Below, piece after piece: positions 1-8,500 of a DNA stretch of 63,363 nt. Source of the DNA: Candidatus Micrarchaeota archaeon (GTDB taxonomy: Archaea > Micrarchaeota > Micrarchaeia > Burarchaeales > JAKAKT01); contig JAKAKT010000009.1 in the NCBI GenBank assembly GCA_021813385.1, positions 1 to 63,363 on the forward strand, read 5' to 3'. The notes under the pieces were generated by a model. It made no database searches. It worked only from the letters and a program-made list of their open reading frames with translations, and had not been told where the DNA came from. The translations under genes and the position numbers were made by a program. Position 1 is the stretch's first letter, and each line of letters begins with the position of its first letter.

Positions 1-1563
1 GAGACTTTCAGGGCGATTTTCGGGGAATGCAACGTTACCCTCGAGGAGCTGAAGCCCTATCTCCTGAGGAACCACTACCAGCCAGCTGTTCTGAGGAAAT
101 CCTCGGTCTCCGGGAAGGATGTCGTTGTTTCCCACTCCAGGTACCCGGAGGATGCGAGGTATGTTTCTCAAGACGAGATTGATTACCTGAAGAAGTTCCA
201 GCCCCTTTCAATAAACGAGATAAAGGACATCGACTCGCTGCTGGAAGCGATTGGCGACAGGATTGCCTATGCCGGGAACAAGGTTTTCGGCAACTGTGCA
301 AACTTCGAGAAGGCGGACAACTGCACGGACAGCTTTCACGTTTATGACGCCCACACAATCGTCTCTTCGAAATATGTCGCCTTATCGGCTTACGTAAGGA
401 GCGACAGCGAATACATCTTCGGTTCCTCCCCGCTGATTCGCGGGAAATATCTCATAAGAGTCATTGGGTCTGACAGGCTCACCCGGGCCTTTGAGACCTG
501 CGTAACGACAAACTCCTCCGACATGTTCTTCTGCCTGTACTGCCACGGCTGCAGCCAAGCGATGTTCTCGTTCAACCAGAGGGCGAAAAGGTATGTCATA
601 GGAAACCTCGGGCTTGAGAAAGACAAGTATTTCGAATTGAGGAAGAAACTGGTGGACGAGAGCAGGGAATACATCGAGAAGCACAAGTCCTTCTATTCCC
701 TCTTCGACTTTCCTCCGCCGACCAAGGAAGAACTGTCGCTTGTCAATGTCCCTAGGATTCCGAACCCGGAAGGTGACATGAGACCGATAGACGACGCGTT
801 TGCTGACGTAACGAAACTTGTGCTGGGAAAGGAGCTTCGGCCGGTTAAAAAATACGAAAAGTTCCTGACGAGGAGAGTTGAGAAAGTTGGCAAGGTGAAG
901 ACGCCTTTTGGCAATGAAGCTTACTACGCGAGATATTTCTGGGGTGCGAATGCACCGAAAGAGAGGATAATAAGGGTTGAAGAGGGATTCGAGACTGCGA
1001 AGGTGCACGTCAAGCCCGAGGACTGCGAGGGAGCGGACCTAAAGAGGATGATAAAACTCATGTCTCCTTTCGCCTACTATCCTATCCAGTTCAAGGAGGG
1101 TGAGAACATCAACACCACGGATACGGTCTGCATGTACCATTCGGCCGACACGTATCAGGTGGCTGACGCGACCTATGCGAAGAAATGCGCCTTCTGCGCC
1201 CACATGCAGGATTGCGAGGCGGTGTTCGGGTCCGGCACCCTTCTCGTTGGCTCGAAATACTCCGTAAGGTGCTATGACTGCGTGAATGTCACGATGTGCA
1301 TGGAGATGGACAGCTGCAAGAACTGCCACCGATGCATGTTCTGCCACAACTGCGAGGACCTTTCCGAGTGCCTTTTCTGTTTTAATGCGAAGAACCTGCG
1401 CTATGCCATCGGGAATGTGGAAGTGGGGAAGGAACAGTATGAACGGATAAGGAAAATGCTTGCTGGCGAAATTCTAAAGAGCATTGAAAAAGACGGGGAT
1501 GCCCCGTTTGATATATACGACCTGGGAAGAAGGAGCGGGATTAGGCCATCAGCTTCTCGGTGA
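1..1563 (+). CDS. Cysteine-rich repeat protein, N-terminus lies outside the window (function unknown)
   Basis: Frame 1 is open from nt 1 to the stop at 1561-1563, so track ORF 523..1563 is only the C-terminal part. Two related modules each end in F-x-F-N-x5-R-Y-x-I-G-N followed by a K/E-rich helix. CxxC pairs are dense (CYDC, CKNC, CMFC, CLFC). No family recognised. Confidence 0.55.
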   Translation, partial: ETFRAIFGECNVTLEELKPYLLRNHYQPAVLRKSSVSGKDVVVSHSRYPEDARYVSQDEIDYLKKFQPLSINEIKDIDSLLEAIGDRIAYAGNKVFGNCANFEKADNCTDSFHVYDAHTIVSSKYVALSAYVRSDSEYIFGSSPLIRGKYLIRVIGSDRLTRAFETCVTTNSSDMFFCLYCHGCSQAMFSFNQRAKRYVIGNLGLEKDKYFELRKKLVDESREYIEKHKSFYSLFDFPPPTKEELSLVNVPRIPNPEGDMRPIDDAFADVTKLVLGKELRPVKKYEKFLTRRVEKVGKVKTPFGNEAYYARYFWGANAPKERIIRVEEGFETAKVHVKPEDCEGADLKRMIKLMSPFAYYPIQFKEGENINTTDTVCMYHSADTYQVADATYAKKCAFCAHMQDCEAVFGSGTLLVGSKYSVRCYDCVNVTMCMEMDSCKNCHRCMFCHNCEDLSECLFCFNAKNLRYAIGNVEVGKEQYERIRKMLAGEILKSIEKDGDAPFDIYDLGRRSGIRPSASR

Positions 1564-2752
1564 GCTCCTCCTCGGCAAATCCAAATGCTGCTCCAAGCTT
1601 CGAGCCCTCCCCTGCACCTGAGATGAAGTTGTCCTGCCCTCCTCCTTTCCCATTCATCTTCGCGAACGCCTTTTCCGCGACCTCTTTTATGTCAATATAA
1701 GTGTCTGGGCTCTTGGCGATAACCAGGAAACCCTTATCCCCTTCCTTGTTTGCCAAAAGGACTATCGTCCTGCCTGTCTTTATGAGCTCCCCGACTTTCT
1801 CCATCAATTTCTTGTTATCCATGCCAGAAAGGAGCTTTGAATAGAGGTAGTGGTCCTTGAGCCGAGCCGGCTTCATCTCATCAAGAATCCTCTCGTTGAG
1901 CGATTTCACGGCATATTCGAGCCTCTCCTTCTCGGCCCTCAGGTTGCCGGCAGTCTTCTCAAGCTTGTCGGATGTTGTTTGCAGGATTGAACAGGCCCTC
2001 TCGCAGGCGAGCTTGGTTTGGAGCAGGTAGTCCTGCGCATCCTGGCCTACGAGGAACGAAATCTTGTGCTGCCCGGTGCCTTCGCGTGTGAGGTTCGAAA
2101 TTGCTATTATTCCAATCTCGTCAGTTTTTTTGACGTGGAGCCCCGCGCATGCACATATGTCGAAATCGCCGATATGGATTACCCGCACTATTTCGGAATC
2201 AATATTTTCAAGTTTCGCCCGAGTCCCTTTTGGAATCTCTTCCTTCTTGTATTCCTTAACCGTGACTTTAAGGCGCTTGTTGGCTATGGAGTTGGCGCAC
2301 TTTTCTGCTTCAATGACATTATCCATGAGGAGTTCGCCAGGATATCTTACGAAAATGCTTGAACCGTCTTGGGCTATCTGCACCTTGACCATTTCGATGT
2401 CCTTGAGTATATCCTTGAGGCAATGAAAGAGTATGTGCTCTGCAGTGTGAGACTTCATCATCGTATAGCGCCGTTCCCAGTCGATGAGGCCCTCGACTTT
2501 CTGGCCGCTGGAAAACGAGCCGCTCATCTCACACTCATGCCAGATTTTCCCGTCCTTCTCGTATACGTTTATGACCTGGGCGAGGCCTGAGCCCGCATCA
2601 AGAGTGCCCTTGTCGCAACCCTGCCCTCCGCCGCCTGGGTAAAAAGCAGTTGAGTCTAGGACTATATGAAGCCGTTCGTCCTTTTCAAGCACTTCCCCTA
2701 CGAATGCGCTGAATTTCGACTCGTAAGCGTCCCTCTCGTAAATCTTTTCCAA
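1541..2752 (-). CDS. alaX: AlaX-L type alanyl-tRNA trans-editing protein
   Basis: 403-aa ORF with the HxxxH (HTAEH) and CxxxH (CAGLH) zinc motifs of the AlaRS editing domain and a C-terminal DHHA1-like region (GKGGGQ). Lies 9 nt downstream of cca on the same strand. Confidence 0.85.
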   Translation of the reverse strand: MEKIYERDAYESKFSAFVGEVLEKDERLHIVLDSTAFYPGGGGQGCDKGTLDAGSGLAQVINVYEKDGKIWHECEMSGSFSSGQKVEGLIDWERRYTMMKSHTAEHILFHCLKDILKDIEMVKVQIAQDGSSIFVRYPGELLMDNVIEAEKCANSIANKRLKVTVKEYKKEEIPKGTRAKLENIDSEIVRVIHIGDFDICACAGLHVKKTDEIGIIAISNLTREGTGQHKISFLVGQDAQDYLLQTKLACERACSILQTTSDKLEKTAGNLRAEKERLEYAVKSLNERILDEMKPARLKDHYLYSKLLSGMDNKKLMEKVGELIKTGRTIVLLANKEGDKGFLVIAKSPDTYIDIKEVAEKAFAKMNGKGGGQDNFISGAGEGSKLGAAFGFAEEELTEKLMA

Positions 2753-2761
2753 TAGAACACC

Positions 2762-4135
2762 TCAGGGGAGAGACCGGCAAAGGTAAATCGCGAGCAGTTC
2801 GAGGTTTTCCTTGATGGCTATCTCTTCGCCTTTGAGGATTCTTGCTCGTGTGAATGTTTCTGCAAGGTGTTCGGGAATCCCGTAATTTCTCGGGTTTTTT
2901 ACTAGTTCCTTTAGTGCAGATTCCGGGCTCGTGTGCTTTCTCTTTTCCAGGGCAACGAGCCTGTCCCCTTCAATCCAAACCCCATGAGGCGATTTCGCGT
3001 GCTTTTCCACAAAATTTTCACAATCTACGGGTTGGAATGTCGGAGGCCCGGGCGCTTTCCTGACTGCAGGCAGGCAGCAGGAGCTAAACTCGAAAAGGAG
3101 CGCGCAGTGCTTTTCTTCGTCTGACCAGTGTGCGTGGCCCAAGAGAACGAACTCTTCGAGCTCGAGCTGCTTCGCTAGGTTCTTCTCTGCTCTCTTGAGT
3201 TGCGGCCAGAGTATGTCTGGGACAACTTCTGGGGCTTTGAAGAAGAGGCAGATGAAGGTACTTCCCCTTGACTCCATTAGCTCTTTCGCCTTCTGAAGAG
3301 AAAATGGTTTCTTTTCTGAGAAGAAGAACTCCTCCTTCGGCTTCTTGAGGAATTCCCTTGCTGAGTAGACGAGCCTGCTTACCGATGTCTTGGAGACAAC
3401 TGCGGAAACGTTCCGGTCCCTGTCAACCGGGTCCACTACAACGAGGGGGGCGAGGAATCTCCCAGCGAGCTCGTGCTCGCCATAATGCCTCTCGATATCG
3501 AGAACTATCTGGCCCTTCCACTGCTCAGCAGACTTGAGGAGCTGCTTGAACGAACCGTAGTATGTGATTAAGAGTTCGCAAAGGTAGCCTGAGAACCCTT
3601 CTGTCTTTAGCTCGGCCCCGTAAATGCCTATGTTCTTGAGGAACCGTTTCAGCAGCCTCACTTGGTCCTTCTGGGAAGGCGTTAGCTTCGAATTGATGTA
3701 TTGGGTGTGAAGGGGCGAGCGGTCCACTGAGGAAGCTCTCTCGTCTATGTGGGAAATCTTGAACGAAGGCACTATGTCAAGTTTCGAACCCTTGTAATTG
3801 GCACGGAGATAGGGGTGCTCGGCATAGCCAATATGCCATTTGTGCGGTTCCACTGCCTTTTTCGCCCAATCGAGGCCCATCACTTCGAGGTCCTTGAGTG
3901 AGTGCGAGAGCGGGAACAGAAGGAAAAGGTCGAAGTCCCTGTCGCCCCGCAGGTTCGTGTCCTTGGCTATCGAGCCGGCCATCATCACTTCTATGAAAGG
4001 CGGAACGACTTTTCTCAGCCTGGCCGTTATCTCTTCAACGAGTTTTTCCTCTTCTCGCTTCTCGGCCTGAGTCGGCTTTATTCTCGCAATCACCTTAGCA
4101 AGAACCGAATCAACCTCGTGCTCAAGGACGTACAT
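2762..4135 (-). CDS. cca: CCA-adding tRNA nucleotidyltransferase, archaeal class I
   Basis: 457 aa. N-terminal class I nucleotidyltransferase signature (MAGSIAKDTNLRGDRDFDLFLLFP) and a length typical of archaeal CCA enzymes. Confidence 0.9.
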   Translation of the reverse strand: MYVLEHEVDSVLAKVIARIKPTQAEKREEEKLVEEITARLRKVVPPFIEVMMAGSIAKDTNLRGDRDFDLFLLFPLSHSLKDLEVMGLDWAKKAVEPHKWHIGYAEHPYLRANYKGSKLDIVPSFKISHIDERASSVDRSPLHTQYINSKLTPSQKDQVRLLKRFLKNIGIYGAELKTEGFSGYLCELLITYYGSFKQLLKSAEQWKGQIVLDIERHYGEHELAGRFLAPLVVVDPVDRDRNVSAVVSKTSVSRLVYSAREFLKKPKEEFFFSEKKPFSLQKAKELMESRGSTFICLFFKAPEVVPDILWPQLKRAEKNLAKQLELEEFVLLGHAHWSDEEKHCALLFEFSSCCLPAVRKAPGPPTFQPVDCENFVEKHAKSPHGVWIEGDRLVALEKRKHTSPESALKELVKNPRNYGIPEHLAETFTRARILKGEEIAIKENLELLAIYLCRSLP

Positions 4136-4239
4136 AATTAGCTATTGGGGGAGGGGTTTAAGAATTTATGGAACGCCAACTTTTACCCATTTTAACAAGT
4201 GGATACGGCGTTTACTGGAAACCTACCCTCCTAGCCCTT

Positions 4240-5400
4240 TTATTCGGAGCGACTGAGGGGTAATCATGCTATCATACAAATTCAGGCTTTACCCTTCAAA
4301 AACTCAAGAAAAGAGTCTCAGTTCTCACCTATGGCAGTCAAAGGAATTGTGGAATGAGATGCTTGAATTTGTGAAAGAGTTCTACAAAAACTTCGAAAAA
4401 TTTCCGACGAAGAGCGCCCTTATGGAATTCGTCAAGCACAGTGGTCTTTATTCACAAACCGCGCAGGCGGTTGCAAACAGACTCTACGATTCGGTGTGGA
4501 AAAAGAGCGGCCCAAAGGCCGGCTTTCCGCGCTTCAAATCATTTGACAGGATGAAGAGTCTTTATTATCCACAGTTTGGTTTTTTCCTTGGGAAGAAACT
4601 CAAAGTCACTCCTTTCGGAGAGATTTCAATCAAGAAGCACCGCGAGATTAAAGGATTTGTCAGAACGCTGACCTTGAAAAGAGAAGCTTCTGGAAAGTGG
4701 TTTGCAATATTCTGTGTTCAAAAAGAGAAACACTTTCCAAAAGAAAATAGAGGAGAAAAAGTTGGAATTGACTTGGGATTGACGAACTTTGCGGCACTCT
4801 CAAACGGAATAATCATCAGAAACCCAAAGCACTTCAAAAAGCACGAAGAGCGCCTTGCCTCTCGTCAGAAGCGCTTTTCAAGATGTAAAAAAGGCAACCG
4901 AAACAGGGAGAAGGCGAAATTAAAAATCGCAGTTGAGTATGAAAGAATCTCAAATTGCAGGAGCGATTTCCTTCACAAGCTTTCGAATGGGCTTGTGAAC
5001 AGCTATTCTTTGATTGCGCTAGAAGCTCTCAGGAGTAAGGAAATGGCTGAGCATAGGTTTGGAAAATCAATTCACGATGCAGGTTGGAACATGTTTGCGA
5101 ACATGCTCGTCTACAAGGCGGAAGGAGCTGGTTGCGAGGTAATGTTCGTAGACCCAAGAAACACGACAAAAGGTTGCAGCTGCTGCGGCGCTGTTGTAGA
5201 AAAGAAGCTTTCAGACAGAACGCATGCATGCCCTTTCTGCGGTCTGACTATGGATAGGGACATAAACGCCGCAAGAAACATACTCAATCGAGCTACCGCA
5301 GGAACTGCGGGAAGTAACGCTTCTGGAGATGAGATAGCAATTTCATCGAGGAAAGAAGATGCCACCCGATTTATCGGGTGGTAGTTCACATAAGGTATAT
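4240..5400 (+). mobile_element. tnpB-only IS200/IS605-family element (ends not defined)
   Basis: Inserted between cca and a small hypothetical gene. Boundaries are approximate because no terminal repeats or target duplication could be identified by eye. Hairpins sit at 5296-5310 and 5362-5381 at the 3' end of tnpB. Confidence 0.35.
4266..5384 (+). CDS. tnpB: TnpB-like RNA-guided endonuclease (IS200/IS605 family OrfB, IS1341-like)
   Basis: 372 aa. Typical N-terminus MLSYKFRLYPSKTQ. RuvC-like residues in GIDLGL, ALEAL and DRDINAARNI. Zinc finger CSCCG..x..CPFCG between RuvC-II and RuvC-III. No tnpA adjacent. Confidence 0.85.
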   Translation: MLSYKFRLYPSKTQEKSLSSHLWQSKELWNEMLEFVKEFYKNFEKFPTKSALMEFVKHSGLYSQTAQAVANRLYDSVWKKSGPKAGFPRFKSFDRMKSLYYPQFGFFLGKKLKVTPFGEISIKKHREIKGFVRTLTLKREASGKWFAIFCVQKEKHFPKENRGEKVGIDLGLTNFAALSNGIIIRNPKHFKKHEERLASRQKRFSRCKKGNRNREKAKLKIAVEYERISNCRSDFLHKLSNGLVNSYSLIALEALRSKEMAEHRFGKSIHDAGWNMFANMLVYKAEGAGCEVMFVDPRNTTKGCSCCGAVVEKKLSDRTHACPFCGLTMDRDINAARNILNRATAGTAGSNASGDEIAISSRKEDATRFIGW

Positions 5401-5425
5401 AAACGAATTTTAGGAGAATATTAGC

Positions 5426-5851
5426 ATGGTCGCGACGATGCCAATCCAGCAGAGGCCGGACATAAGCCAGCACGTCAGGGACATGCTCGACAGGAGGGAG
5501 AGCCTGGCTCCTAGGGAGATAAAGGAAAAGGCCCACGAATTCGCCAGCGCCCTTGCCCATGCCCAGAGCATCGACCACCAGAACCGCCTCACTGGAAAGC
5601 CCGATAGCAATGTGGCCCGGGTCAAGAAGGATATATACGAGGAATGCACGGGGAGCCCCGAGTTCAAGAAAGAATGGGAATCCGTTACAAAAGACATGCA
5701 CGATGCGTATTATGCGATGCGTGAGCAGAATGTGTTTTCGGATGGGGGACCCAAGAAAATCCAGCTCGACCCGATTGCGCTTGAGAAGGCGCAGAAGCTT
5801 GCTGAACTTGAAAAACTGCTCGGGCACATGAAAGACGCGCACAAAGGCTAG
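5426..5851 (+). CDS. Hypothetical protein (141 aa, helical, charged)
   Basis: ATG preceded by a TATA-like GGTATATAAAC about 30 nt upstream. No motif recognised. The longer antisense ORF 5111..5842 overlaps tnpB and is judged spurious. Confidence 0.5.
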   Translation: MVATMPIQQRPDISQHVRDMLDRRESLAPREIKEKAHEFASALAHAQSIDHQNRLTGKPDSNVARVKKDIYEECTGSPEFKKEWESVTKDMHDAYYAMREQNVFSDGGPKKIQLDPIALEKAQKLAELEKLLGHMKDAHKG

Positions 5852-5936
5852 CTTCCCACCAATCCCTTATCACTCGTCGCCGTTATTCTTCTCGCCCAGC
5901 TCGCGGAGCATTTTCTCGCCTTTTCCCTCGCACCCG

Positions 5937-6746
5937 CTAGCTTTTCCTCAATTCCTTGTCGCTTGTAATTTCGAGCCCCGAGTTCTTCGCGAACCCGGTT
6001 ATTTTCTCCCTCTGCGAGCCCTTCAGGCCTTTCCAGTCAAGGACGAGAAGTTTTGTTCCGCTCTTTTCAACTGCCTGCACGAATGTCTCTTCCTCCAACA
6101 AATCGACTGCGTAATTCGGAATAATATGCGCGAAAGCGAGGTCTGTCTCTAGTTCGAGCTTCGAGAATGAGGGGCAGTAGTGGGTCCCGCCAGCTCCAAT
6201 CGCTATTCTGAATTTCTGGAGTTCCGGACCCGTTATTTTCATTATGGCATCTGCGATAATCTCTCCAGCTCTTTCATTCACCCACTCCTTTTCAGTGCTC
6301 CCGATTTCGATGAACATGAGCGGAGTCTTCATGTTTGTCGGGCCGTGGTGCGTGCATTCCATAGTCAGCTCGAAGCCTTCCAAAGGGGTTTTCGCGAGGT
6401 GCTGGAATGCGACCTTTTTCGGGATTGGGGCTGAATAAGCTAGTTCTCTTTGCCTTCCGCCAACCTTCGCTTCTGGCCCCCAGTTCCCGCAGGTGTGGAC
6501 AGTGAAGCTCGGCTTGCCTGATTCACTCTTGTGCTTGCTTGCGAAAATGTAGAAATCAGCCGCGAAATATTCGTCCAGGTAATCGACTTCAACTAATTTC
6601 TCGGGGGCTTCAATCATCAGAAGCTCACCCTTCTCCCAGGCCTTGAATTTTTCGTGCTCCGCTTTCGCAAACCCGTGCTTCCTGATGAGCCATTCCTTGA
6701 TGTTCTGGCCTGCCTTGCACTGCTCGGAGCAGATTATAACTGGCAT
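5937..6746 (-). CDS. dtdA: D-aminoacyl-tRNA deacylase, archaeal DTD2 type
   Basis: 269 aa with DTD2-type motifs HTCGNWG, ECTHHGP, IEIGSTEKEW and GAGGTHY. Confidence 0.8.
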   Translation of the reverse strand: MPVIICSEQCKAGQNIKEWLIRKHGFAKAEHEKFKAWEKGELLMIEAPEKLVEVDYLDEYFAADFYIFASKHKSESGKPSFTVHTCGNWGPEAKVGGRQRELAYSAPIPKKVAFQHLAKTPLEGFELTMECTHHGPTNMKTPLMFIEIGSTEKEWVNERAGEIIADAIMKITGPELQKFRIAIGAGGTHYCPSFSKLELETDLAFAHIIPNYAVDLLEEETFVQAVEKSGTKLLVLDWKGLKGSQREKITGFAKNSGLEITSDKELRKS

Positions 6747-6797
6747 ATTTGGTTATTCGAGGGACTGTTTATTAAATTTGGTTTCCAGAGTGACTGT

Positions 6798-7292
6798 ATG
6801 GCTGAGCTGAAGAACGGGAAAGTTGTTGTTTCGAAGGACTTCGAGCCCATTGCCGAGCAGGGCTTCGGGGAAAAAGAGGGTAAATTGTTAGTGCTTGCCC
6901 CATTCGAAGCCCTTTACTTGGTTGAGAAGAAGAAAATCGAAGTTAGCAAGAAAAACAAAAAAATCGATTTCGCTTCGCTTCTCTCGGAATTCGAGAAGAA
7001 AAATAAAGGAATCCGGGACTTGTTCCTTGTTTTTAGGGATTTGAGGGCTGCTGGCTATGTGGCGAGGGACGGCAAGACTGAAACTCCGTCTTTTCGGGTC
7101 TATGCGAGGGGCTCGAGGCCTGAGGAGGAGCCTGCGAGGTATCTGGTCTGGGTTGTTGAAAAGGGGAAAGCCACCCTAAAAGAGCTTCGCGGAATGCTCG
7201 AGCGGGCGCATGCTGTCAGGAAGCGGGCTGTTTTTGCAGTTGTCGAGAAGGGCACCATAACGTATTTTAAGATTGACACGACTAAATTCTGA
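6798..7292 (+). CDS. endA: tRNA-splicing endonuclease subunit (short, single-unit form)
   Basis: The track ORF starts at a GTG at 6654 that overlaps dtdA. The ATG at 6798 (MAELKNGKVVV) gives 164 aa with the EndA N-domain (FEALYLVEKKKIEV, FRDLRAAGYVARDG) and C-terminal catalytic domain (FRVYARG..., AHAVRKRAVFAVV). Confidence 0.8.
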   Translation: MAELKNGKVVVSKDFEPIAEQGFGEKEGKLLVLAPFEALYLVEKKKIEVSKKNKKIDFASLLSEFEKKNKGIRDLFLVFRDLRAAGYVARDGKTETPSFRVYARGSRPEEEPARYLVWVVEKGKATLKELRGMLERAHAVRKRAVFAVVEKGTITYFKIDTTKF

Positions 7293-7298
7293 AGCATT

Positions 7299-7370
7299 GC
7301 CCCAGTAACTCAGAGGTAGAGTGTTTGCATGGTAAGCAAAAAGCCGCGAGTTCGATTCTCGCCTGGGGCT
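7299..7370 (+). tRNA. tRNA-Thr (anticodon GGU), intron-less, CCA not encoded
   Basis: Cloverleaf drawn by hand: GCCCCAG-TA-ACTC-AGAGGTA-GAGT-G-TTTGC-ATGGTAA-GCAAA-AAGCC-GCGAG-TTCGATT-CTCGC-CTGGGGC-T. Confidence 0.9.
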
Positions 7371-7446
7371 ATCTGATTCTGTAGTGATGGAAACGTTTAT
7401 AATTCTTATTTCAGAAATACAATTCTGAAAACCGAAAGTGATAATT

Positions 7447-8073
7447 ATGTACCTCGAAAGGATAACTGGAACAGGCACGAAAATAGGTATTCTTAATGTG
7501 CTGGTCAATCATCCAGATAAGGCTTATGTTGAGAAGGACCTTGCGAAGGCTGCCGGAACGGCTTTGTCAGAAACGAACAGGCAGATGCCGGACCTCGTCG
7601 GGAGCGGGCTTGTGCGTCTTGAGAGAGTCGGGAAAACGAAGCTTTACTCACTGAATAGGAAGCACTTTCTCGTGCCTGCCTTAAAGAGGCTGTTTAAGGA
7701 CTTGAACGCCGTTTACTTGGATGCTTCGCGGAAGATAACTGAATTTGCGGTTTCCTCATCCAAAAGCGTGGAGGCAGTAATCCTTTTTGGAAGCGTCGCA
7801 AAACGAAAGGTAAAAAGCGACCTCGTGAAGGCTCCGAGCGACATCGATTTGGTGTTTGTCTTAAAAGACGAAAGTGAGAAGGAGAAACTGTTTGATTCCC
7901 TTGTTTCGTACATAAACAACGAGATAAGTTTGGCGTATGGGATGGTGTGTTATCCGGTTGTGATGACTAAAGCTGAGTATGTTGAAGCCCTTGAGAGGAA
8001 GGACGCGTTCATTCTGAACGTGCAATCCGAAGGAGTTGAGCTGCATGGAAGGAAGCCGAGAAGATTTGGTTAA
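7447..8073 (+). CDS. Minimal nucleotidyltransferase (MNT) with N-terminal winged-helix domain, antitoxin-like
   Basis: GS-x(n)-D-x-D motif (LFGSVAKRK...SDIDLVFVL) and an N-terminal wHTH (GKTKLYSLN). The track start is a GTG at 7438; the first ATG is 7447. A TATA-like TTTATAAT lies at about 7394. Confidence 0.75.
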   Translation: MYLERITGTGTKIGILNVLVNHPDKAYVEKDLAKAAGTALSETNRQMPDLVGSGLVRLERVGKTKLYSLNRKHFLVPALKRLFKDLNAVYLDASRKITEFAVSSSKSVEAVILFGSVAKRKVKSDLVKAPSDIDLVFVLKDESEKEKLFDSLVSYINNEISLAYGMVCYPVVMTKAEYVEALERKDAFILNVQSEGVELHGRKPRRFG

Positions 8074-8455
8074 GTGGGCTCTTGAGAAAACTGAGCAATA
8101 TTTGATGTCGGCCAAGAACAACCTTGAGGAGGACAGACCGTTCGTTGCTGCAGAGGAAGTTTTCAGGGCGATTGAGAACTCCCTTGAGGCGATGCTTTAC
8201 CAGCAGGGGATAAAGAGGATAGCTTATCCTGGCGGAGAGAAAGAGTTCACCGGAAGGCTGGCGCTGCAGTTCTTGGTCAGGGACAACCTGCTTGAGAAAA
8301 AGATAATCTCGAGAGCGGATTACGACAGGTACCTCGGCTATGCCACAAAGCTCCACCAGGCCGGCTACAGGTACGGCTCATTTGAAGAAAAAGTGTTGCA
8401 GGATGCGCTCGAATACGCGGAAGATTTGTACCATCGAGCTTTAGCGAGAAAGTAA
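8045..8455 (+). CDS. HEPN domain protein, toxin-like partner of the MNT
   Basis: About 136 aa, all-helical. Overlaps the MNT 3' end by 29 nt. AGGAG lies 9 nt upstream of ATG 8045. C-terminal R/H-containing segment (RADYDRYLGYATKLHQAGYRYG) sits where HEPN Rx4-6H motifs occur. Confidence 0.65.
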   Translation: MEGSREDLVKWALEKTEQYLMSAKNNLEEDRPFVAAEEVFRAIENSLEAMLYQQGIKRIAYPGGEKEFTGRLALQFLVRDNLLEKKIISRADYDRYLGYATKLHQAGYRYGSFEEKVLQDALEYAEDLYHRALARK

Positions 8456-8481
8456 CTCATCGAAACGAGCTATCTGACCAA

Positions 8482-8500
8482 CGAGCTAGATTCTCGCCTG
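8482..8500 (+). repeat. Partial direct copy of the tRNA-Thr T-arm/acceptor junction (att-like)
   Basis: CGAGCTAGATTCTCGCCTG matches tRNA-Thr 7347-7365 CGAGTTCGATTCTCGCCTG at 17 of 19 positions, with 12 contiguous. Same orientation, 1.1 kb downstream. Confidence 0.5.

Noticed and set aside
5111-5842. 243-aa minus-strand ORF.
   Set aside because: It overlaps the well-supported tnpB 3' end and is antisense to the 141-aa plus-strand ORF, which has its own TATA box. It has no recognisable motif.
6654-6797. Upstream GTG start for endA given in the track.
   Set aside because: It would overlap the dtdA 5' end on the opposite strand and would add a non-homologous 48-aa leader. ATG 6798 gives the canonical EndA N-terminus.
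7371-7446. C/D box sRNA between tRNA-Thr and the MNT gene (GTGATGG ... CTGA).
   Set aside because: The C box is imperfect (it needs RUGAUGA). No C'/D' pair and no terminal stem are present. The region is adequately explained as the MNT promoter (TTTATAAT).
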